A stretch of 64,000 nt of DNA from contig NC_042999.1 of the NCBI RefSeq assembly GCF_006345805.1, forward strand, positions 91,264,001 to 91,328,000, read 5' to 3'. The position numbers and the translations under genes are program-made. This document shows positions 27,230 to 40,410 of this stretch, one piece after another (within the stretch, counting starts at the first letter, position 1; every line of letters begins with the position of its first letter). This DNA is from Octopus sinensis (Eukaryota). The notes beneath the pieces are model-generated. The model did no database searches. It was not told where the DNA came from and was given only the letters and a program-made list of their open reading frames with translations.

Positions 27230-27760
27230 AATACACACTTAATATGTTTAGTAGGGATTTTATCTTGATGTTTGTAGACAACAAGTCTCCTCAAGTTTCC
27301 AAAATCTTTTTTAGGCTTCTTGCATTCTTTCAGAATAACGATGGCATTTTTCATGAGGTCGGCGATACTCAATTCCCACATACATCCGACTCTTAGGTAG
27401 CAGTGTGGGTGCCGAGTGAACCAGTTACTTTTGCTTTCATAGATTTTAGAATGATGTTTTGGTAAATACATATATTATCATGCTCATATAATTATGATGT
27501 CTAGACTGTTTGCTTTCATCTTCTCATCGGTCTGAATTAGGCATTTCCAGCTTAAGATAGACCGATCACTGCGATACACCAAATTTGGTATATGCATATA
27601 CCACCCCTTATATTTCATGTCGATATGTTGGCATGTTGCCCAATGTACATTACTAACCAATTCTGTCGTGTGTGTTGCTAAATTTTGTCTACGTAACAAA
27701 TAGGCAGTCAAAAATAATGGGAACGTTTGCTTCATTGCACCGATTGGATTGTATACTCTG
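27230..27760 (-). mobile_element. Highly decayed R4/Dong-type RLE fragment
   Basis: VHWATCQHIDMKYKGWYMHIP..LIQTDEKMKANSLDIIII; LRVGCMWELS. Confidence 0.7.
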
Positions 27761-27879
27761 CTTTTGATTTCAAACTATTGTCTTTGATATATTTGTTTTT
27801 TTTTTGTTTTTTTTTTGCAGATTGTAGATTAGTCTGGTCAACAATTGATCATATTAATTTTCGTCGCTAAATTAATATA

Positions 27880-28060
27880 CATACATACATATACATATAT
27901 ATGTATGCATGTGTATGTCTATGTATATATGTGTAAGAATATATGTATGCATGTATATACACATAAATATGTATGCATGTATGTATGTATGTATGTATAT
28001 ATATATATATTATATATATATATATATATAATATATATATATATTATGTATGTATGTATG

Positions 28061-28092
<32 letters not shown>

Positions 28093-28104
28093 CATGTATG
28101 TATG

Positions 28105-28152
<48 letters not shown>
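27880..28152. repeat. (TATG)n/(TA)n compound microsatellite
   Basis: Direct reading. Confidence 0.9.
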
Positions 28153-28154
<2 letters not shown>

Positions 28155-28549
28155 GAAAGATATGCAAAAGAACCAAAAGCAATGCAAAAAGAAAAATTAC
28201 ATGAAACAAATTATTTTATGACCATAACTAAACATCATAAAATAAGGAATTGAAAATATTAAAATCAAAAATAAAATAGGACGTGGGTAGTTACAAGATA
28301 AGCAGCTTAAGAAGTGTGAGGGTATAGAATATGAGACAAAAGGAAATTGGGACACAAAACAATGGCCGACTATTTGAAACTCAAAGTGGTTGTATTGCAT
28401 TGTCTTCACAGAGTTTGTTTATATAATTATCGTCCTCTGGTGGTGATCAGCTTTTATATCAATAAACAATCGGAACTAAAGCAACTAATTTTTTTCAGAA
28501 ATATCAATACCTCCCATTTTGGTATACAAGCACATATGTCTATACACAC

Positions 28550-28602
28550 GCGCGCACACACATACACACACCACACCACACACACACACACATGTTAATA
28601 TG

Positions 28603-28646
<44 letters not shown>

Positions 28647-28800
28647 GGTATCCGAGGACACTTGTGTTTGTATGAGTACGTCTAAACATATATTTGTGTG
28701 CGTGTATGTATGTATGTGTGTGTATGCATGTATGTATGTATGTATGTATGTATGTATGCATGTATGCATGTATGCATGCTTGCATGCATGTATGTTCATG
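28550..28800. repeat. (CA)n/(TA)n/(TATG)n compound microsatellite
   Basis: Direct reading. Confidence 0.9.
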
Positions 28801-29334
28801 TTAGCTGTTTCCACTGAGCACTCTTAGTAATTTCTTTTATCTCATTTCCGTTTTAATTATACAAATAATACTCCTAAGCCCATTAATGTTTTTCTACCGT
28901 TTTTATATACATATAAGTCCTATGCCTCATTGATAGTAACGTAGGACAATGCTGTAAAGATATCGCCTATTATCGCTTCACAGTTGCCTTCTTTTGTACA
29001 GATTAAAAAAGAACTAAAAGAGAACGTCAGTTTTTTAATGGTATGATAATTCAGAAGTGTTTTTGATACCTTTAGTTTAGTTCCCATTTAAAGAAAATCA
29101 ATTATTCTGTTGAATTAGCATGCCATTACGAAAAACCAGTTTTTTTGTTTTTTTTTTTTGTTTTGTCATCTGGACAGAAGACGGCAGCACTGAATAATAA
29201 GTGTCATCAGTACATTGTCCGATGTTTCTATTAGCGAAACATAAGATTTAGACATGCAAAAACAAAAAAAAAAATATTCAAGGCCCCTTGAGTGAAGGGT
29301 GTAATCTGCATAATAATGTGCATAATTAAAACGA

Positions 29335-29417
29335 ATATATATGTGTGTGTGCATGTGTGTGTATGTGTGTGTATGTGTGTGTGTGCGTATAAGTTTGTAA
29401 GCATGTATTTCTTATGT

Positions 29418-29448
<31 letters not shown>

Positions 29449-29500
29449 GTGTGTGTATATGTTTGTGTGTATACACACACGCATACACACAAACACACAC

Positions 29501-29531
<31 letters not shown>

Positions 29532-29660
29532 TGTATGTATGCATGCATGTATGTATGTATGTATGTATGTATGTATGTATGTATGTATGAAAGCATGTAT
29601 GTATGTATGTATGTATGTATGTATGTATGTATGTATGTATATATGTATGTATGTATGCAC
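29335..29660. repeat. (TG)n/(TA)n/(TATG)n compound microsatellite
   Basis: Direct reading. Confidence 0.9.
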
Positions 29661-30500
29661 CAAGGAAAGAGAGTAACATAGCGGGAAAGAACGAAATGGA
29701 GGAGACAAAGATAATAAGACAGTGTAATAGAGAAAAAAATGGGGAAGGTTCAAAATGTGTCTACCTTCTGATTTTGAATCCAAAAATATAGACATATATT
29801 CTAATGAGTTATCTTAGTACTGTTATGCTAATTTCAGAGTGCATAAAATATTCTAGAAAGTTTGTATATGTAGGTTTAGAAGCTTGTTTGCGTGATGGTG
29901 GAGAAACTCTCTCAGACCTATCGCTCTTTTCGCCGCCGCCAAGTAAAAATGAAAGACGTAAGTGTAAAAAAATTCTAAAGTAACTTTATAACATTAACGT
30001 TTAGCGCGGCCATCACAAAACACGAACATTTTTCTGTTTTTAATCTTACCCTTTTTCTTTTAACAGTTTTCGCGTATGTCTTAAACTTACTGTTCAAAAT
30101 CACCAAATAAATTAAATCTTATTAATTTAAAAAAGGCTATTTTTTTTAAAAGGTTAATTTTAGAAAAAAGGTCCATTTTAAGCCGTTGGTCCAAAGGCTT
30201 AGACCTGCGGTCATTAACAATTAAGAATTAACACCGAGCGAAACAGGATATATTTAACGAGATGCCCCTAATGACATCACTTGACGAGACACTTCTGCAC
30301 CGAGGGATGCACCACAACCAGTTGTACAGTTTCCCACTCGCGAAGGATCGACACGATCGTTGTGAACAATAAAATTTCTCGTATATTCCATTTCCGTCTC
30401 TTTCTTTTGTATTATATATATGTATGAATGTATGCATGTATGTATGTATGTATATACATATATACATACATACATATATATGCATATATGTGTGTGTGTA

Positions 30501-30560
<60 letters not shown>

Positions 30561-30585
30561 ATAATATATATTATATATATATATA

Positions 30586-30969
30586 CTAGCAGTATCGCCC
30601 GGCGTTGCTCAGGTTTGTAAGGGAAATAACTATAAAGCATTTTTAGAGAGTTATAGCCCAAAAATAGCAAAAAAAAAGGAAAAAAATGATGGTAAATTTT
30701 TTTGAGAGTAAAAAAAGGTGGAGTTGCGTCCCCTAGACAGTTTGCGGTTTGTGTTTCTGATTCTCGACCCCATGTCGAATTTATCGATTTTGTTCAGAAC
30801 TGGGGGAACTTTTCAAAATTTTCGCTGCGTTAGTTTTGAATTATGACATTGGGCTATGTGTGTGTCAAGTTTCATCAGAATCGGTTGAAAGCCGTGGTCA
30901 GGGTGAGGGTACAAGCAAACAGACACACAGAAACACGCACAGACAAACTGCCGTTTATATAGAGAGAGA
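30586..30969 (-). mobile_element. Non-autonomous Helitron (384 bp)
   Basis: Minus strand begins a|TCtctctctatataaacgg and ends cctgagcaacgccggg (imperfect hairpin)..CTAG|t. Inserted between A and T with no TSD. Confidence 0.82.
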
Positions 30970-31045
30970 TTATTGTATTGGCATCCTTTCTGTCTCGGGA
31001 GACAATGGAGTTGCGCATGAAGTAGTCTAGTCCGGCTTTTATATT

Positions 31046-32292
31046 TCATGTCCTGATACATTTCCTGCTGTGGCTGTGTAGTCCTATCCTGGACAAACAC
31101 TCCCTCTGGCAGGTACCGCAAATGTAGCGAAAACTGTTCCTGGCTGGTTGTAGTGCCATAGTCTCTTGTTTACGTCTCTTCCTTTGTTTCCATTTCTCCT
31201 CTCTCTCTCTGTCACTCCTTTGTATTCCCTCTTTTACGGTACGTCGCCATTCTCCACGGTTGCCGGCAACTGCCTCCCAACCGCTAATATTGATGTTGCA
31301 GGCCTTCATGTCCCTTTTGCAAACATCTTTGTAACGTAAGATCAGTCTACCCTTAGACCTAGTAACCCTAGCAAGCTCTCCGTAGAGTATGTCCTTGGGG
31401 ATTCTGCCATCTTTCATACGGCTAACATGCCCAAGCCATCTCATACGTCTTTGTGTGAGGAGTGCAAACATGCCTGGTATTCCTGCTTGCCTGAGGACAT
31501 CTTTGTTGGGGATATGATTCTGCCATTTGATGCGGAGGATTTTTCGGAGGCAGCGCAGGTGAAAGATGTTTAGGCGACGCTCTTGGCGTGTGTATAGCGT
31601 CCAGATCTCACTTCCATACAGTTGAGTGCTGAGTACACATGCCTGGTAGATCTTCATTTTCGTGGTCTTGGTCAGCTTATTGTTGTCCCAAGCCCGTTTG
31701 GAGAGTTGGGCCATAGCAGCAGCTGCCTTGCCAATGCGTATATTGAGCTCAGCGTCAAGGGATAGGTTGTAGGTGACGGTAGAGCCCAGATAGGTAAACT
31801 TCTCCACCTCTTGTAATCTGTGGTCTCCAATATGTATGTTTGGGATGTCCGATGTAGCCTGGCCCATGATGTTGGTCTTCTTAAGGCTGATAGCTAAGCC
31901 AAAGTCGTTACATGCTTGCTCAAAACAGTTAATGAGCCTTTGGAGGGTTTCTTCTGTGTGTGATACTAGAGCGGCATCATCAGCAAATAACATCTCCTTG
32001 ATCAGGACGTTTCTGATTTTGGTCTTGGCACGCAGGCGCGAGAGATTGAACAGTTTCCCGTCACTTCTACTGTGCAGAAACACTCCATCATCTGACGTCT
32101 GAAAGGCATGTGAAAGTAAGAGCGAGAAGAAGATGCCAAACAATGTAGGAGCGAGGACACAACCTTGTTTTACACCGTTTTTTATTTGGAAGGCGGCTGA
32201 TGTTGAACCGTTGTGCTGTATGGTGCCTTGCATGTCATCATGGAAAGACTTGATGATCCTCAGCAGCTCTGGTGGACATCCGATTTTTTTTT
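31046..32292 (-). pseudogene. RTE ORF, C-terminal half of reverse transcriptase plus C-terminal Cys/His motif
   Basis: No stops. Motifs GVKQGCVLAPTLF, MLFADDAAL, FTYLGS, RRMRWLGHV, YICGTCQRECLSRIGLHSHSRKC. Confidence 0.95.
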
Positions 32293-32298
32293 TTTTTT

Positions 32299-33553
32299 CA
32301 TCATTACACGGAGATCCTTTCTGAATTCTACTCTATTGACCCGCAGTTACCACAGCGCGAATTGTGACAGAAACCACTCACTAATTAGAAGCAGGGTGAG
32401 GATTCTGCCTAAAAAAGTCCATCGCTCCAAGAAAGTGGGCCGACCACGCATCAACACCGCCAGAACCTTGGACCCTACACTGCGAAAATGTTTTGCTGCT
32501 TCTATCAAGGTTGCCCTCTGTAGCTGCCCAACCTCCTCTGCTGAAAGTAAGTGGGACTATACCAGGGAAGCCTTGTATACGACATCATTGGATACTTTCG
32601 GCATGAGAGAAAGGCAAAACCCAGATTGGTTCAATGCTGGGCTCTCAGAGCTGGAGCCAGTTATCGAAGCAAAGCGTGCAGCTCTGGTGCAATACAAGAG
32701 TGACTCTTCTACAAAGTCACTCGAAAAACTCAGAAAGGCACGAAATAAAACCCAACTGACAGCCAGACGCTATGCAAATAGGTATTGGCAGGAAATCTGT
32801 CAGAGTATCCAGTCAGCTGCTGACAGGGGCGACACCCGTGGGATGTATGCCGGTTTGAAGAAGGCCCTCGGTCCATCCGCAACCAAGTCAGCCCCTCTGA
32901 AATCAACTATTGGAGATCTCATCAGGGATCAAGGCAAGCAAATGGATAGATGGGTGGAGCACTGCCAGGATCTCTACTCACGGGAGACCACAGTGGCTGA
33001 GGCTGAAGTCGAGAGTGTCAAGATCTTGCCAGTCATGTGCGAACTTGACAGTCCGCCATCTATAGCAGAGCTCACCAAGGCTGTTGACTCCCTAGCAAGA
33101 AATAAGGCTCCGGGAAAAGACGGCATCCCCTCAGAGATCATCAAAGCCGTCAAAAACACCATCCTGCTTCGGCACCTTCATGAGCTTCTGTGTCAGTGCT
33201 GGGAAGAGGGTACAGTCCCTCAGAATATGCGGGATGCTAACATCATTACGCTTTACAAAAACAAAGGTGACCGTGGTGATTGTAACAATTACCGTGGTAT
33301 ATCCCTTCTAAGCACTGTTGGAAAGACCTTTGCCCGCGTTATGCTGGCCAGGCTACAACTACTTGCTACTCGAATCTATCCGGAATCGCAGTGTGGCTTT
33401 AGAAGAAGCAGATCAACTATCGATATGATATTCTCCATACGCCAACTTCAGGAGAAGTCCAGAGAGCAGAAAATGCCATTATATATGGCCTTCATTGATC
33501 TAACAAAGGCTTTTGACTCGGTAAGCAGAACAGGCCTCTTCATCCTGCTCCAA

Positions 33554-33554
<1 letters not shown>
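32299..33554 (+). pseudogene. RTE ORF, end of APE endonuclease through N-terminal half of RT (inverted segment)
   Basis: No stops. Motifs TRSYHSANCDRNHSLI, NKAPGKDGIP, WEEGTVPQNMRDANIITLYKNKGDRGDCNNYRGISLL, ESQCGFRRSRSTIDMIF, FIDLTKAFDSV. Confidence 0.95.
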
Positions 33555-33650
<96 letters not shown>

Positions 33651-33675
33651 GTGTGTGTGTATGTATATGCATATA
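33555..33675. repeat. (TA)n-(TG)n microsatellite
   Basis: Direct reading. Confidence 0.95.
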
Positions 33676-34889
33676 TAAAATACAAAAAATACAGTTATAT
33701 CTTGAGATTGATAGTGATAATAATACTCAAAATATAATATAGACCTGAGTTGTAGTGCTCCAAATGAACTATATTCCACTTCTTAATTTGAGCTGAGGCA
33801 ATGCTAGCAGATCAAATACATACATATATTCATACACTCCTTTATATTTACAGAACGGATATAAAATTCGATATATATAAATATAATAATATAATAATAT
33901 ATATAAATAGATAAAAATCATATAATATATATAAATATATAAGAATCAGTGTTACATACAAAACACAGTGAATTTACGCTTAAAGTTATAAAACATTGGT
34001 ATAATAAAAAATTTGGTATAATAAAACATAAAAAGGTCATATTAAATTTTTCATCTACGGGCCATTTCGGAGACGCGCGAATTAATATGATACATTTCAT
34101 ATTTTCGAAGGGCAGCAACATCAGACTCCTTCATTTACCAAATACCACACATCACGGGAGATTTAGTGAAAGTATAGCAAAGTAAACGGCAACCCTAGCT
34201 CTAAAATGGCAAAGCTAACCCTAACCCAGTATGGCCGCGGCTCTCGGTCTGAAACTAGAAAAATAACAGAAAAAGAAATATATATATTGCTTAAGATTAA
34301 TTATACATACACCTCATTTGAATTATATTTTCATATTTAATATGAAACCGCATCTACCTAATTCGAAATTTTCAGAAAGTGCAAAAAAATAAAAGCAAAA
34401 GAAATATATTCATTAATCAATGCAAGCGATTTATTTAAATACAGTAACGACTGCTGCTTTAAGATCTTTTACATTAATCAGATATTAAGTTTTACAAAAA
34501 AATTCTTTTAAAAATGAAAAGTTTTTCTGATTTAAACTTTTATCGTTTTAAAATCGAAATCTGTGATGTTCGAAGCAGAAAATCAAAGAGCGTTTAGAAA
34601 AGATAAAAAATAGTGGGTGTGGGACGTATGGTTAAAAGCATCCACACAAAAGTGAACGAGTGCTGTAGTTTATCATTAGCTATCGCTCGAGAAAATGCCA
34701 TTAATAATGTTGTAATACACTTATAAATGTTATTAATTTGAATCTATGAGGAACAACATAATGTGTATGAGTTTGCTTTTAAAACGGATTGAAAAGTAAT
34801 AACGGAGAGTCAAAAAATGAACGTTTATCAAAATAATTAGGGGACAAAGAGACAACTTACGTTGATAAGAAAATAAGTTTTCAAAGCGA

Positions 34890-34910
34890 GAGAGACAGAG
34901 AGAGACTGAG

Positions 34911-34981
<71 letters not shown>

Positions 34982-35010
34982 GAGACAGACAGACCGACAA
35001 ACAGAGAGAG
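34890..35010. repeat. (GA)n microsatellite
   Basis: Direct reading. Confidence 0.95.
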
Positions 35011-35238
35011 GTGAAGAGATCAAGAACGAAAGTAGCAACAATACTATTCTGATCTACGTGTTTTACAGAAGAAATATAATTAACTACAACGAATATAATT
35101 GGCGTAAGATTTTTACTGCTACAGGTGTTACTGGTTTATCTATCTGTGCATTTGTTTTTAATGTTTTCTTTTTTGTTCCAGTCATTTGACAGCAGCCATG
35201 CTGGGGCACCACTTTCAAAGATTTGTTGTCGAATAAAC

Positions 35239-35378
35239 GAATGACCATGGGATTGCACCTAGAGAGTTACCCTCTGATGCACACGTCCAGGCAATGTTGT
35301 TTATAGAAGAGTAGCAGTCACCCATGCATACAAACCTCCCATCTCCACGCCACCGAATGTTATCTAAGGGAAATGACT
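35239..35378 (-). mobile_element. 3' part of SINE family C
   Basis: Reverse complement of ~55020-55160 (gaatgaccatgggattgcacctag..). Confidence 0.75.
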
Positions 35379-35914
35379 GATATTTGGTTTCCAAGATTCC
35401 CGTGAATTCGTATGAAAACAAATCTAGAATTGTATCGGGTGAGTCATTGTGTATAATGTCCGTCCGTGCAACATCTACATTCTTCTCTGTGCCTGTGATA
35501 TCTTTTAGCCCTGCCGTAAGGCTTTACTTCCACACACGCCAGCTTAATTTTATTCGTCCTTAGTCGAAAGACTCCTGTTGTTATGTCCTGTTATTTGTAT
35601 TTGTGTAACTTTCCCTAATTTTCCGTCCTTGTTTTCGTATACATTCGCTGCTTTCTTCCAAGGAAGCCAATGCTCTTAGCTTAGTTTTTCCTTGGGGGTG
35701 GCCAGATTGGAGCAACCTCGAGTATAACCAGCCGAAATTACAAAGATAATCTGGAACTCGATTGAGAAAGAAAACTCCGAATGACCCGTCCTTGTTTTCT
35801 TTGTATCGTCTATCTGGATGTTTTGTGGTCCGTTTCTTGTATCACCTAACTCTTTGGATGTTTTGCGTTCTTGTCCCATTTTGTGGAAAGGATGAAAGCC
35901 ACTTGTGAAGCGCT

Positions 35915-36593
35915 CTGTCTGCTGCCAGGAATCGTTAGAGAGTGGGTTAGGAATGCCTTGGCTAATGATGCGCAGACATGCGTTGAGGCTGAGACATCTC
36001 TGGCGCCACCTGGAGGGTGATAAGGTGTGGAGTCCGCTGGCAGAGTAATTCTTCCCGCGACCGGCCTCTATGGAGTGATTCAAACCCGGTTTCATTAAAA
36101 GATATAACCTGACTTTATGGTAGAAGGAGTGCCGACAGGCACTCACGCTGATCAACAAGACAGGCAAGGCCGATAGCGGGAATACCAACTCGGTATTCTA
36201 TAGAGGGCTGGTAGAGGCTAAAAATGATGACGTCCTAGGAGGGGCTGTGGGGTTCGATGAGAACCAGCTTACCAACCTTTCAGGCCGGGGTATTTGGATA
36301 ATTACCAAAAATCCCTGACCTGGCAGCGTTATAGGAATGCTTTACCTGTTCGCGATAAGTTATCGAGACATGGAATGTCAGTGCCACCGACATGTCCAGG
36401 ATGGAGGCTGGACGACAAACCTGTTCAGCACGCTTTTGTACGTTGTCGGTCGGGAGCTGTCAAGCTTGATAAGTTACGTAGAACACGTGTTGTCGTATCT
36501 GGGACGAGTACAGCTGTCGGCTGAATGTGCGATTAAGCTGATACCACCAACTAGACTCTCGAAGGAAGGTGAAGCATGCTTTCACTACATGGT

Positions 36594-36595
<2 letters not shown>
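35915..36595 (+). mobile_element. Tx1/L1-clade ORF2 C-terminal fragment, decayed
   Basis: RSVCCQESLESGLGMPWLMMRRHALRL..ECRQAL..FYRGL..DNYQKSLTWQRYRNALPVRDKL..TCP..QHAF; homologous to 46635-47130. Confidence 0.82.
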
Positions 36596-36597
<2 letters not shown>

Positions 36598-36658
<61 letters not shown>

Positions 36659-36666
36659 CACACACA

Positions 36667-36710
<44 letters not shown>

Positions 36711-36931
36711 ACACACACACACATATATATATATATGTTATATCGCAATACTACACAGTGGCTGTGTGTGCTACGAAATCCTCGTCATTACTGTTATGTC
36801 GCACGTTCGGATGACCTCTACTCGACTCAACTCTCAACGTCTAGACTTCTCCCTCTATATCTATGTATTGGGCTAGCCTACTTCAGCGTCTGGGGGCGTC
36901 CACACAACAATATATATGTGTCTGTGTGTTG

Positions 36932-36962
<31 letters not shown>

Positions 36963-37053
36963 GCGTGTATGTATGTATGTGTGTATGCATGCATGTATGT
37001 GTGTGTGTATGTATGTGTGTATATGTATGTGTGTGTCTGTATGTGTGTATGTA

Positions 37054-37090
<37 letters not shown>
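36598..37090. repeat. (TA)/(CA) and (TG)/(TATG) microsatellite tracts
   Basis: Direct reading (36598-36740 and 36915-37090). Confidence 0.9.
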
Positions 37091-37814
37091 AATACTTAGG
37101 TTACTTAAAATATGATTGAATTCTACCAGATGCTATAATTTCGTATACGGTGTATAAAATTTGTTGGATATTTTTTCAAGGAACTATTTTCACTGGGATA
37201 TTTATACGCTTATCATTTCTTTGGCATTTACAGACCACTGGTTTGTGACATTAATCAAAGAGGAAAATGTAATATCTCCTAAGAGTTGTAGACATTTTAA
37301 AGTGTTCTCTTTAACAGTGTTTTATAGAAGGTTATATTTAGTCTCCCGTCAATTGGATAGTAATAGACAAGTACTATCTTTTACTGCTTGCACTTCACTA
37401 AACATAAAACAGTTATCACAAATTTCACATATGGCAATCCGAAATCTTAAGTAAATTGTTAAATATATTATATATATAAATCACCAACTGTTACAGTGGA
37501 AAGCTGATAGCGTGTCTAATTGAATGTATTTCCTTCAGTCTTGAACAGTTTAAGTTCAAATCTTGTTCGTTTCTTTAAGCGGTCGTTTAGTAGAGCCGAT
37601 ACAATTAGAAGGCACTTCAGTTTTCTGGCGTTTGCAATTGAAACAGTAATGGTTCAGTGCCCTTTGTTCCACACCTTTCAAGTTTTATCCATGTTTTTGC
37701 ACACACACACATATGTATGTATACATAGGTTTATATGTGTATATATGTATATGAATATACGCGATATATATTTCTATATGCGTGTGTACATATATATTTA
37801 TATATATATATATA

Positions 37815-38270
37815 TATATATATAACTTAGATATGTTTCGGCCAGAGATTGGTCCAGGCCATGTCTAACTTAATAGCACCACCTGATAGGATTATTCGAA
37901 TCCTGTTTAAGTCAAGTTTTGTTCAAGTAGTGAGTTCTTGTTGGGTGAGTTGTATCCAGTTTTGTTCAAGTAGTGACTTCTTGTTGGGTGAGTTGTATCC
38001 AATTATGGGTGGCTTATCTGGTATTCTTTGAAGGAATCTATCCAGACTCTGTTTGAAGTTGATGGGATCCTTTTCCTCTTTGATCTCCCTCGGGACAATG
38101 TTAAATAGGGCAGGGCCTGTTGAGGAAAAGAAATTATGTTGCAGTGTACATGTATGTTGTGATCTTGAATTTGGCAGGGGACGTATAGCCCGTGGTCCAA
38201 GTCTTGGATGAACCTTGAAGCTAATGTTTAGGTCGTTTGGGCAAAGTTGGCGGTATATTTTCCAGTTGGC

Positions 38271-38275
<5 letters not shown>
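37815..38275 (-). mobile_element. CR1-like LINE 3' fragment
   Basis: WKIYRQLCPNDLNISFKVHPRLGPRAIRP..QHNFFSSTGPALFNIVPREIKEEKDPINFKQSLDRFLQRIPDKPP. Contains a 43-bp tandem duplication. Clade assigned from motif resemblance only. Confidence 0.72.
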
Positions 38276-38359
<84 letters not shown>

Positions 38360-38386
38360 GTGTGTGTGTATCTATATGTATATGTA

Positions 38387-38706
38387 TGAAGTTCGCGTGT
38401 TTAGTGGTTAGGGTATTAAATCCATGATCATAAGATCGTGAGTTCGATTCTCGGCGGCGAGTTATGTCCTTGAGCGAGAACTTTATTTCGCGTTGCTCCA
38501 GTTCACTCAGCTAGCAAAAATGAGTTGTGCTTATAATCCGACAGACCAGCCTCATCGCATTCTGTGCCACGCTGAATCTTCATGAGAACTACGTTAAGGG
38601 TATCCGTGTCTGTGGAGTGCTCAGCCACTTGTACATTAATTTCACGAGCAAGCTCTTCTGTTGGTCAGCTCAACTAGATCACATGTCGACGTAACCAACG
38701 GAGTGT
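38387..38706 (+). mobile_element. SINE (family C body + family D tail)
   Basis: Head tagtggttagg..gagttcgattc. Body ttgctccagttcactcagct as at 54846. Tail gagaactacgttaaggg..gtggagtgctcagccac as at 41754. Confidence 0.85.
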
Positions 38707-40183
38707 CAGGATATGTATGCATACGTATGTGTATGCATGCATGCATGCATCTATGAACACATGTATGTATGCAGGTATGCATGCATGTATGTATATATTT
38801 GTTTGTGTGACTATGTGTAGGTATGTGTGTATGGATGTAGCTGTAGTATGGCTGAAAAGATAAGTAGTTCGTTTCACATACCCGAAGTCTCTGATACGAT
38901 CCTTTTGCATGGCATCTCGGGCAAATGTTATTTTTGATAACCTCAGGTCGACATACACCTTGTGAGAGAAATTGTATTTGCCAAAAACTATATAGAAGCC
39001 AATCGAATGGTTTGTACCAGTAACTTAAAAGGTACAAACTTATTACACTGATTTTGTTAGAGAATTATTAAAAGGGTGGTAAGAATTATTAAAAAGGTGG
39101 TACACGTGTTTGTGAAATGCTCTGGTACTTACGTGTTAATTTGGGAGCAAGTAATTCAGTGGATCAAACAACTGAGTTTTTATCGTCCATCGACGGGGAT
39201 CCACCACCATCATATACGTACTTAAATGTGTATGTGTGTGTGTTTGTATGTGTGTACGTGCATACGTGTGTGTGTGTAAGCTTTTGGTGGGAAGATTAAA
39301 ACATATAAGTGACAACTTCAATATGATACTGCAATTTTCTCCCTCGCATTAGCGACGGTCTTTTCTTTTTTAAGTATCTTTTGATACTGCACGACCTGTG
39401 TAATCTGTTATATGAAATACATTGCTGTGTTATTGGTAGGTTGGTGTGATATTGAAGGTTAAATTGAAACGAGACAGGCTTGACTAATATAATCAATCTG
39501 ATGTAGCGTTAATATACAAAATGTATCCAATCGAACGGGAATCTTCTCTGAAAAATTTCATCACATTCCCAGTAAAGAAAAATCAAAGTGTGTATTGGCT
39601 TTTTGTTCCGCTGATAACAGACTCGTTTTAAATTGGTTAATAATTAATTGTTTTCAACACCATGATATTTTCTTTCTTTACATAAATTACAACTTGGTAA
39701 TTAGTAAACAATACTACATAATTAATTAAATTTTATTTTAATAGCTCTTTTTTTTTTCTTCTTTACAAATCACATTATATTCACTCAAGAATATCTGTGT
39801 AAAGAAAACTCGATACGTGAGCAAGATCAAATAATGAATTGATTATTTCATAACGATACTTTTATTTCTGAATGTTTTATATTTAAAAGCTGTATTCTTT
39901 TGATAAGCAGTGAAGGAATGATGCATTATTTTCTCAGACTATACTTCATTAAATATTCAATTTTACATTCATGTTTCTTAAGATATTCACATACAAATAA
40001 TTAATCTGCGAGTATGTTTGTTTGTTTTCATACATAAGAGATAGTGTCGAAGTAGAAGGCTGTCAAACGACAGAGTGACTGTAGGACTTCTATGCTCTGA
40101 TACAATATAGTATGTGTAAAGAACATGCATACATAATAAAAATTTTAATATCTAAATCTGTTTCTGTGTATATGTGAGTGTGC

Positions 40184-40187
<4 letters not shown>

Positions 40188-40216
<29 letters not shown>

Positions 40217-40357
40217 TGTATGTATGTATGTATGTATGTATGTATGTATGTATGTAGGTATGTATGTACAATGTGTGAATGTATGTATGTGTGTGTGTGT
40301 ATGTATGCATTATGTACGCATGTATGTATATTTGTGTGTATGTAGTATGTATTTAGT

Positions 40358-40408
<51 letters not shown>

Positions 40409-40410
40409 GT
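40188..40410. repeat. (TATG)n and (GATA)n microsatellites
   Basis: Direct reading. Confidence 0.92.

Larger units (their letters stand above)
30971..33554 (-). mobile_element. RTE (BovB-like) LINE, 5'-truncated with 5' inversion
   Basis: The 3' segment (30971-32298) is on minus and the 5' segment (32299-33554) on plus. The protein is contiguous across them: TGLFILLQ | KIGCPPELL. Confidence 0.95.

Noticed and set aside
32213-33742. 509-aa ORF as a single protein-coding gene
   Set aside because: Its first ~29 codons are antisense RTE sequence and its tail is microsatellite; only 32299-33554 is genuine and it is a truncated TE segment
34190-34230. aaccctag..ctaaccctaaccc as an interstitial telomere
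   Set aside because: Only about two units; expected by chance or inside a TE
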